Source: Eledone cirrhosa (taxonomy: Eukaryota). Taken from it: 64,000 nt of DNA. The position numbers and the translations under genes were made by a program. This document shows, in pieces, positions 54,123 through 64,000 of the stretch. Position 1 is the first letter of the stretch; each line of letters opens with the position of its first letter. The notes beneath the pieces are model-generated. The model saw only the letters and a list, made by a program, of their open reading frames with translations, searched no databases and had not been told where the DNA came from. The DNA lies in NCBI GenBank assembly GCA_964016885.1, contig OZ024749.1, positions 31,744,001 through 31,808,000 of the forward strand. Reading direction: 5' to 3'.

Positions 54123-54635
54123 GTAAATAGATAATAGTGTGGTTGATCGATTCATTGATACAGAGAATAAACAAATTAAAATATCAGATTGTGTTACTAA
54201 GTTAGACATGGCCTGAGTTAATACTAGACGAAACCTATATTAGTCTATATCAATATATACCGGATTTCATTATTTAACAAAACCCCAAACGAAACGAACA
54301 ACAAAAAAAAGAAAACAAAAAATTCTTTTTTTTATTGCATTATTGATATTCCATACTTATATTTTAGTTATTTGTATGACTTTATTTTGTGTGTTTGTCT
54401 TTCATTTTTCTTGATGTTTCGATGACTTTTCGAGTGGATGTGGTCAAATTTGGGGAAAAGACAAGGGTGGGAACTTGTGTGAATAGAACAGCTTTCGAGT
54501 GAGTGAGGCGGGTAGATAGGATAGTTTGGCTCGTGAAGCGGTTTTTATAAGGTTTATTATTAGCTTAAGATCAGCAAACACGGGAGTGTTGGCTCTATGG
54601 AGGTAAGGGAAAGCCAAGCTGCGACTCATTACCTC

Positions 54636-54683
<48 letters not shown>

Positions 54684-54797
54684 ATATATATTTATATATA
54701 TATATATATGTTGTATAAATGTGAATGAATATGTGTATGCATACATGATCTTATATATATATATATAAAATATTAAAAAAATTATATATATATATAT

Positions 54798-54964
54798 GAG
54801 AAACTATGACCCCGACGACAGAGCTCAAGCCGTTTCGACGGCTATTTCCGTCCAGAAATAGTCGTCGAAACGGCTTGAGCTCTCATTTCTCTCACTGCTA
54901 CCATAAGTATTGAGTACTATGGTGTGTTATGGTCCATCTGGTTCCTTACGACAACTACTTCGTT
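54798..54964 (+). mobile_element. Half-hammerhead fold-back family, diverged copy
   Basis: GAGCTCAAGCCGTTTCGACG..GTCGAAACGGCTTGAGCTC plus TATTGAGTAC tail. Confidence 0.7.
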
Positions 54965-55105
54965 ATATATATATATGTGTATATATATATATATATATAT
55001 ACCTATCTATCTATCTCTTTATATATATATATATATACATACATATATGTATGTATCTATCGTATTCCATCTGGTTGTATATATATGTAGGTGTTTGTGT
55101 GTGTA

Positions 55106-55136
<31 letters not shown>

Positions 55137-55139
55137 TTC

Positions 55140-55230
<91 letters not shown>

Positions 55231-55519
55231 TTGTGTGTGTATATATATATATATATATTTGTGTGTGTGTGTATATATATATATATTTGTGAGTGTATAT
55301 ATTAACATAAATTCACATGAGAACTTGCTTACAGTCAATTAGAAATGAGATATAATATATAATTAGTTAATGTAAACGAAAATATATTATCTAGTAATAA
55401 ATTGATATTACACATACCCACAAATACACACACACAAACACACACACGCACACAGACACACACACACACGCACACACACACACAAACACACAGAGACATA
55501 TATATATATATATATATAT

Positions 55520-55746
55520 AACGAAGGAAATATGGTAAGGAACCAGCTGGACCAAAACGCACCAAAGTACTCAATACTTGGGGTAGTAGAGTGGGTAATA
55601 GGAACCAGTAAGACCCCGACGGCTGAGCTCAAGCCATTTCGACGGCTAATTCTGGACTAAAAAAAAAAAAAAAAAAAAAAAAAAGTCCAGAATTAGCCAA
55701 TAGTCGGCGAAACGGCTTGAGCTCAGCCGTCGGGGTCTTACTGGTT

Positions 55747-55749
<3 letters not shown>
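55520..55749 (-). mobile_element. Half-hammerhead fold-back family copy with an A-run at the symmetry centre
   Basis: Arms separated by a poly(A) run at 55659-55684. Confidence 0.75.
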
Positions 55750-55814
<65 letters not shown>

Positions 55815-55829
55815 CATACATATATATAT

Positions 55830-55875
<46 letters not shown>

Positions 55876-55937
55876 GTGTGTATGTATATGGCAGTATGTA
55901 TGTCTATGTTTACATGGACAGACAGGTAGCTAAATAG

Positions 55938-55971
<34 letters not shown>

Positions 55972-56139
55972 ATATCGATTTATTGATTAATAAACTAAGA
56001 ATAATTGCAACTGGTTGGGTTAATGGGAAGTTTATCAACTCGTCGAAAAGTCGATGTTCTTTACATGTGTGTATATATATATATATATACGCACATGTAT
56101 ATATATATATATATATATATTGGTGTTTACCTTTTACAT

Positions 56140-56194
<55 letters not shown>

Positions 56195-56294
56195 CATGTG
56201 TATACATATATATACATGTGTATACATATATATACATATATATAAGTACATGTATATACACATAAATATATATATAAATAAATACATATATGTA

Positions 56295-56342
<48 letters not shown>

Positions 56343-56350
56343 CATATATG

Positions 56351-56410
<60 letters not shown>

Positions 56411-56675
56411 CACACACATACATACATAGATATACACGCATATATATATATATGTGATATATCCACCATTAATGGCGTTGGCCATAATTCTGGACCCCTC
56501 ACACCTCCCACCATCCCTCCACCCTCCACCCTCCACCTACCCCCATGTTCCATCATGCCACCACCCCACGCCCCTCTTCATTTACCAGTTCTCTATTACG
56601 TACGACACATTGATCGTAGCTTTATATGATCAATGTTTGTCATTCCATTTATGGTGATTCTATTGTTTAACTCTC

Positions 56676-56754
<79 letters not shown>

Positions 56755-56788
56755 CATATATATATATATATATACATATATATATGTG

Positions 56789-56854
<66 letters not shown>

Positions 56855-56859
56855 CACAC

Positions 56860-56906
<47 letters not shown>

Positions 56907-57009
56907 CACACACATATATATATATATATATACACACACAGATATAGGGGCGTCAAAGTACAAATGAACACATGTTTAACACACATGAAATGTCAGTGTT
57001 ACTGTTGTT

Positions 57010-58795
57010 TCTCGTGTTGGTGGTGGCGGTGGTGGCGGTGGTGGTAGTGGTGGTGGTGCTGGTGGCGGTGGTGGTGGTGGCGGTGGCGATGGTGCTGGTA
57101 GTGGTGGTGGTGCTGGTGGTGCTGGTGGTGGTAATGATGTTGATGGTGATGATGCTGGTGGTGGTGGTGGCGGTGGCGGTGGTGGTGGTGCTGTTGGTGG
57201 TGGTGGTGGTGGTGGTGGTACTGGTGGTGCTGGTGGCGGTGGTGGTGGTGGCGGTGGCGATGGTGCTGGTGGTGGTGGTGGTGCTGGTGGTGCTGGTGGT
57301 GGTAATGATATTGATGGTGATGATGCTGGTGGTGGTGGTGGCGGTGGCGGTGGTGGTGGTGCTGTTGGTGGTGGTGGTGGTGGTGGTGGTACTGGTGGTG
57401 CTGGTGGCGGTGGTGGTGGTGGCGGTGGCGATGGTGCTGGTGGTGGTGGTAGTGATGTTGATGGTGATGATGCTGGTGGTGGTGGCGGTGGTGGTGGTGC
57501 TAGTGGTGGTGGGGGTGCTGGTGGTGGTAGTGGCGGTGGTGGTGGCGGTGGTTGTGCTGGTGCTGGTGGTGGTGCTGGTGCTGGAGAGGACAGTGATGCT
57601 GATAGTAGCGATGCTGGTGGTGGTGATGGTGGTGGTGGTGGTGGCTGGTGGTGTGGTGATGGTGCTGGTGCTGGTAGTGATGTTGATGGTGATGTTGTGG
57701 TGGTGGTGGTGGTGTGGTGATGTTGATTGTGGTGATGCTGGTGGTGGTGGTGGCTGGTGGTGTGGTGATGGTGTTGGTGGTAGTGATGTTGATGGTGATG
57801 GTGAGGTGGTGGTGATGATGATGGTGTTGTTGTTGGTGGTGATTGTGTTGTTGGTGGTGATGATGCTGGTGGTGATAATGGTGGCGGTGATGATGGTAGT
57901 GGTCTTGCTGGTGATGGCGGTGGTGATGAGAGTGGTGGTGGTCATGATGGTGGTGTTGGTGATGATGTTGTTGGTGGTGATGGTGGTGTTGTTGGTGTTG
58001 TTGGTGGTGGTGGTGTTGGTGATGGTGGTGGTGGTGTTGTTGTTGTTGGTGTTGATGTTAATGGTGGTAGTGTTGATGGTGATGGTGGTGGTCGTGTTGT
58101 TATTGGTGTTGTTGTTGGTGTTGATGGCGGTGGTGATTTGGTTTAGTATAGTATTGTGCCTTGTGGTATAGTGTAGAGTGGTGTGGTGTGGTGTAGTATG
58201 ATGTAGTGTAGTGTGTTGTGGTTTAGTGTGGTGTGGTGTAGTGTGTTGTGGTGTAGTGTGGTGTGGTGTAGTGTGGTGTGGTGTAGTGTGTTGTGGTGTA
58301 GTGTGTTGTGGTGTAGTGTGGTGTGGTGTAGTGTGGTGTGGTGTAGTGTGTTATGGTGTAGTGTGTTGTGGTGTAGTGTGGTGTGGTGTAGTGTGTTGTG
58401 GTGTAGTGTGGTGTGGTGTAGTGGGTTGTGGTGTAGTGTGTTGTGGTGTAGTGTGGTGTGGTGTAGTATGATGTAGTGTAGTGTGTTGTGGTGTAGTGTG
58501 TTGTGGTGTAGTGTGGTGTGGTGTAGTGTGGTGTGGTGTAGTGTGGTGTGGTGTAGTGTGTTATGGTGTAGTGTGGTGTTGTGTAGTGTGGTGTGATGTA
58601 GTGTCGTGTGGTGTAGAGTAGTGTGTTGTAGCATGCTGTAGTGTAATGTGGTGTGGTGTAGTGTGATGTGGTGTAGTGTGGTGGAGAGATGTGTACTATA
58701 GTATGGTGTGGTGTGGTTTAGTATGATGTAATGTGGTGGGGTGTAGTATGGTATGGCCTGGTGTGGTGTAATATTATACAGTGTGGTGTGGTGTG
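57010..58795. repeat. (GGT)-rich trinucleotide array followed by a (GTGTA/GTGTG) pentamer array
   Basis: Directly visible. Confidence 0.95.
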
Positions 58796-59101
58796 CTGTC
58801 AGTGAATGTATGGGAGAGAAGCAGCCGTCAAACAGAATATTGTATAAACGATGTAAATGGGACGCTACCCGCTTCCACTTCGGTTTTTAATTGAGTCGCT
58901 GGGTATATAGAATAATGTAGTGACAATACATTTACTAGGCCAAAGACAAGATACTTAGCTTACGAAATGGTGGTTGTGTTGTCGTTGGTGATGCTGCTGG
59001 TCATATATATTATATAAGCATATCTCTATTTATAGCTCTCATACTCCCTCATTCTTTCTCTTACTGTCTATGTATGTATGTATGTATGGATGTGTGTATG
59101 T

Positions 59102-59128
<27 letters not shown>

Positions 59129-59132
<4 letters not shown>

Positions 59133-59377
59133 TGGTAAACGGAAAAGAAAATGCTGACAAATTGTTCACAGTGAAAAATAGTTTAATTAGGAATAAGTGA
59201 GAATTAGTAATAGTATTGGTTAGTATTCAGTTTTTGGTTTTAAGCTTTACCGGTTGCGCATTTCTAATGCTTTTCAAAAATAATTTTGAGATAGAGCGTC
59301 CGCGATGTTTGCTCTAATCTAAACTATTTTTCACTGTGAACAATTTGTCACCATTTTCTTTTCCGTTTACCAATATA
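59129..59377. mobile_element. Inverted-repeat element with a degenerate minus-strand hammerhead (59245-59280)
   Basis: Arms 59129-59185 and 59320-59377; minus TTGAAAA-GCATtagaaATGC-GcAA-CCGG-TA-AAG. Confidence 0.6.
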
Positions 59378-59435
59378 TCATAACTTGTGTGTTACACCTC
59401 TTTTCTTTTAAATATATATATATATATATATATAT

Positions 59436-59662
59436 AAGGAACAAAATGAAATCGAAAATGCAACTGGAGTCTTATTTTTTAAAAATATATATATTTATTT
59501 GGTTCCTTTAAGTAGAGTTGAGATGGAGGGTCTGTGGTGAAAAACCACAGACCCACCATCTCAACTCTACTTTTGAAAAGCAGAAGAACTGCGAAACCGG
59601 TAAAGGAGCCAAATAAATATATATACTCCAGTTGCATTTTCGATTTCATCTTTTTTCCTTAT
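59436..59662. mobile_element. Palindromic element containing a U3-A8 hammerhead
   Basis: Nested inverted arms centred near 59541. Confidence 0.7.
59567..59608 (+). ncRNA. Minimal type I hammerhead, U3-A8 variant
   Basis: CTaCTT-TTGAAAA-GCAGaagaaCTGC-GAAA-CCGG-TA-AAGgAG. Confidence 0.65.
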
Positions 59663-59723
59663 ACTTTCACTCGTGTAGGACAACGGTTATTTTTCATTTT
59701 GTAAAAAATCTCACTTTCTAATA

Positions 59724-59766
<43 letters not shown>

Positions 59767-59872
59767 TAATAATAATATAAGTAAACAACTCCACTATCCG
59801 GGAGCTTCCAACAGTAATGGTTGCATTTTTTAAGGGCATGCCAATATTTATTCATAAAATTGATCTATATTA

Positions 59873-59937
59873 TATTTTTTCTGATGAAAGCACACCATAA
59901 TTTAACTTGGTGTCCTTTAAATATGTATAATGAAATA
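59873..59937 (+). ncRNA. Degenerate hammerhead (GAAA changed to TAAA)
   Basis: CTGATGA-AAG.ACACCA..TGGTGT.CTT-TAAA-TATGTA-TA; same stem III as 23656. Confidence 0.4.
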
Positions 59938-60089
59938 AATATGGTTTTATAAATATAGTTTCCATTTGTTAATATATCGTATGTTTACTCCAAATACTTG
60001 TTGAGTGCTTTATATCAGTTATAAAAATATTTGCTTGTTGTATCCCAACAATTTAAATAGAACTTTTGCATATATATATATATATATAT

Positions 60090-60187
<98 letters not shown>

Positions 60188-60600
60188 TATGAATAAAGAG
60201 TTCTAAACTCAAACAGTCCTTTACAATGAAATAGCTCAAAGAAAGAAGTATTTCTGAGCCGTGTAATACAAGCTAATATAAATTAATATATATGATAAAC
60301 ACAAATACTAACATATAAGTGTTTGTATTGTAAATGACTAAGTTAGCTCTAGATTGAAAAATACTAATTATAATAATACAGTTTGCCTGTCTCGATTTAA
60401 AATCATAAATCAATAAAAACAAATCATATTGGCAAATGGCCGTGGTACTTGGACAAATATAAATTTCAAAATCCAAACCTGCTCCGTAGATAAGTTTAAA
60501 CTTCAAAATCCAAATAAGTTTCGATAAATGAAAAATTATATATATAACTCTCCTCAACTCCCGATATATCTCAAGATTCCATCTATATATCTATAACAAA

Positions 60601-60895
60601 GAGGATGTGGTAAGATAACAGGTGGACCATAACGTACTAGAGTACTCGATACTTAGGGTAGTAGAGTGGGTAATGAGAAAAGAGCCAGGACCCCGACGGG
60701 TGAGCTCCGGCCGTTTAGACAGCTAGATCCGAACAGATTTCGGATCTAGCTGTAGAAACAGCCGGAGCTCAGACGTCGGGGTCTTTACGCTTTTCCTATA
60801 TATATATATATATATATATATAGGAACCAGTAAGACCCCGACGGCTGAGCTCAAGCCGTTTCGACGGAGAATTACGTCGGGGTCTTTACGCTTTT

Positions 60896-60953
<58 letters not shown>

Positions 60954-61130
60954 AACCAGTAAGACCCCGACGGCTGAGCTCAAGCCGTTTCGACGGAGAA
61001 TTACCCGTCGAAACGGCTTGAGCTCAGCCGTCGGGGTCTTACTGGTTCCTATTACCCACTCTACTACCCTAAGTATTGAGTACTTTGGTGCGTTATGGTC
61101 CACCTGGTTCCTTACCACATTTCCTTCGTT
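60601..61130. mobile_element. Cluster of three half-hammerhead fold-back copies (two subfamilies) separated by (TA)n
   Basis: 60601-60797, 60822-60898, 60951-61130. Confidence 0.75.
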
Positions 61131-61242
61131 ATATATATATATATATATATGTGTGTGTATATATATATATATGTAATGTATGTATGTACGTACGTACGTA
61201 CGTACGTATGTATGTATGTATGTATGTATGTATGTATGTATG

Positions 61243-61273
<31 letters not shown>

Positions 61274-61344
61274 GTATGTATTACAGAGATGACTTCTACA
61301 GGACTAGAACTGTTTTATTCGTATGAAATCATCATATGAATGAA

Positions 61345-62300
61345 ATTCCGAGTTCAAATTCCAACTGTAGGTAACTTTGACTTTCATCTTTACGGAATCG
61401 ATAAAATAAAGTACCAGGTTCGCACTGAGGGTCGATTTAATCGACTTTTACCTCCCCAAAAATGCTTGACCTTGTGCCTAAATCAGAAACCATATTTTTC
61501 AAAGTAATAGATTGGTTTGTGGTGTTTCCTTGCGGCTATTTACGTCTTGAGTTAAAATCCCGCTGAAGATAGCTGTGCCTTACATTATTCCGAGGTCAAT
61601 AAAAAAAATATCAACCAAGTATTTGGGTTGACATTCTCCCACCCTAAATTACTGACCTTGTGCTTAAATCAGAAACTAATGTTCTGAGTTCAAATCCCGC
61701 CGAAGTTAGCTTTGCCTTTCATCCTTACAGAGTCGATAAAATAAAGTACCAGTCATGTACTGGTGTCTATTTAATCCACTTTCCCCTACCCTAAAATTGC
61801 TGGCCTTGTGCCTAAAGTAGAAGCCAAGGTTAACTTTTACTTTCATCCTTACGGGGTCGATAAAATAAAGTACCAGTAATGCACTGGGGTCTATTTAATC
61901 CACTTTCCCCTACCCTAAAATTGCTGGCCTTGTGCCTAAAGTAGAAGCCAAGGTTAACTTTTACTTTCATCCTTACGGGATCGATAAAATAAAGTACCAG
62001 TAATGCACTGGGGTCTATTTAATCCACTTTCCCCTACCCTAAAATTGCTGGCCTTGTGCCTAAAGTAGAAGCCAAGGTTAACTTTGACTTTCATCCTTAC
62101 GGGATCGATAAAATAAAGTACCAGTAATGCACTGGGGTCTATTTAATCCACTTTCCCCTACCCTAAAATTGCTGGCCTTGTGCCTAAAGTAGAAGCTAAG
62201 GTTAACTTTGACTTTCATCCTTACGGGATCGATAAAATAAAGTACCAGTAATGCACTGAGTAATTGCTGGCCTTGTGCCAAAAGTAGAAACAATTATTAT
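61345..62300 (+). repeat. Main-SINE fragments ending in a 124-bp tandem array of the SINE 3' half
   Basis: AAGC(C/T)AAGGTTAACTTT recurs at 61821, 61945, 62069 and 62193. Confidence 0.85.
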
Positions 62301-62589
62301 CATCATGTTGTTTTTATTTTACTAATTTTGCTTTTTCTTCATTTCTTTTTTAAAAGAATCTTGGTTGATGACGTCACAATTCGAGAATCTCCAACATATT
62401 TGTGCACATAAACACACGTATTTATATACACACACATTTATATATACCAACATATATATATATAGACAAATATATATATATATACCAACATATCTATATA
62501 TATATACCAACATATATATATATATAGACAAATATATATATATATACCAACATATCTATATATATATACCAACATATATATATATATAC

Positions 62590-62656
<67 letters not shown>

Positions 62657-62720
62657 ACATATATATATATATATATACCAACATATATATATATATATAC
62701 CAACATATATATATATATAC

Positions 62721-62779
<59 letters not shown>

Positions 62780-63124
62780 ACATATATATATATATATATA
62801 TTTCTTTATTTACCATAAAGGCACAAAATATATATATATATACCAACATATATATATATATATACCAACATATATATATACCAACATATATATATATATA
62901 CCAACATATATATATACCAACATATATATATATACCAACATATATATATATATATATATGTTGGAATATTATATATTTGTTAGTAGTATATATATGTTGG
63001 TATATCTATATGTTCGGTTATAATATATATATCACTATATACCAACAAACTATATATACCAACATATATATATACTCAACATATATATATATAACATACA
63101 GAAATACTCACTTATATACATTGA

Positions 63125-63882
63125 GGACCTCTGTCATTTCCAGTTGATTCAGCATCACACAATGTCGGACAAGGCTGGCCCCTTTAATTATTAGTACAAC
63201 TACAGCTGAGAGGACTAGAACAACGTGGACCCTGAAATGACTAGAACGACTTGGACCCTGAAAGGACTAGAACGACGTGGACCCTGAAAGGACTAGACCG
63301 ACGTGGACCTTGAAAAGACTAGAGCGACGTGGACCCTGAAAGGAGTAGAACGACGTGGACCCTGAAAGGACTAGACCGACGTGGACCTTGAAAAGACTAG
63401 AGCGACGTGGACCCTGAAAGGAGTAGAACGACGTGGACCCTGAAAGGACTAGACCGACGTGGACCTTGAAAAGACTAGAGCGACGTGGACCCTGAAAGGA
63501 CTAGAACAACGTGGACCCTGAAAGGACTAGACCGACGTGGACCCTGAAAGGACTAGAACGACGTAAACCCTGAAAGGACTAGAGCGACGTGGACCCTGAA
63601 AGGACTAGACCGACGTGGACCCTGAAAGGACTAGAGCGACGTGGACCCTGAAAGGACTAGACCGACGTGGACCCTGAAAGGGCTAGAGCGACGTGGACCC
63701 TGAAAGGACTAGAGCGACGTGGACCCTGAAAGGACTAGTGACGTGGACCCTGAAAGGACTAGAACGACGGGGACCCTGAAAGGACTAGACCGACGTGGAC
63801 CCAATGTGCTGCCCGGTCCTGGAATTGAAAGCCTGGCGTTACAATCGGGAACTAAACATCCTAGCCACTAAGCCACACGCCT
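63125..63882 (-). mobile_element. tRNA-derived SINE of another family, interrupted by a minisatellite
   Basis: Minus-strand head GGCGTGTGGCTTAGTGGCTAGG..TTTCAATTCC. Confidence 0.55.
63210..63802. repeat. 26-bp minisatellite GTGGACCCTGAAAGGACTAGA(A/C/G)CGAC, about 22 copies
   Basis: Contiguous head-to-tail units. Confidence 0.92.
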
Positions 63883-64000
63883 GCACACATACACACATAC
63901 ACACATACACACATACATACATACATACATACATATATACATACATACACACATACATACAAACACATACATACACACATACATACAAACATACATACAT

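Noticed and set aside
63210-63802. CRISPR array or hammerhead array (CTGAAAG)
   Set aside because: Units are contiguous with no spacers, and the CTGANGA...GAAA...UH architecture is absent

Overview
Eukaryotic, extremely microsatellite-rich DNA ((TA)n, (CA)n, (GATA)n and trinucleotide arrays). The SINE content and style suggest a cephalopod (octopus-like) genome; this is an inference. No host protein-coding gene can be supported, and nearly all ORFs in the track are translations of simple repeats. The real content is mobile DNA. (1) Two head-to-tail L1/Tx1-clade LINEs (25846-36490) and a stack of three Tx1 3' ends (52877-54073), all in (TATC)n/(GATA)n arrays. Their ORF2 is bracketed by a splice donor on the ORF1 stop and an acceptor on the ORF2 stop. 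(2) Many short non-coding elements in (TA)n tracts carrying type I hammerhead ribozymes, several as head-to-head palindromes. These include a 591-bp tandem retrozyme-like unit with a U3-A8 variant core. (3) A non-coding LTR element with 447-bp LTRs and a TACG TSD. (4) Decayed CR1, RTE, R4/Dong-like and Penelope fragments, a mariner-type MITE, many copies of one tRNA-derived SINE, and minisatellites.
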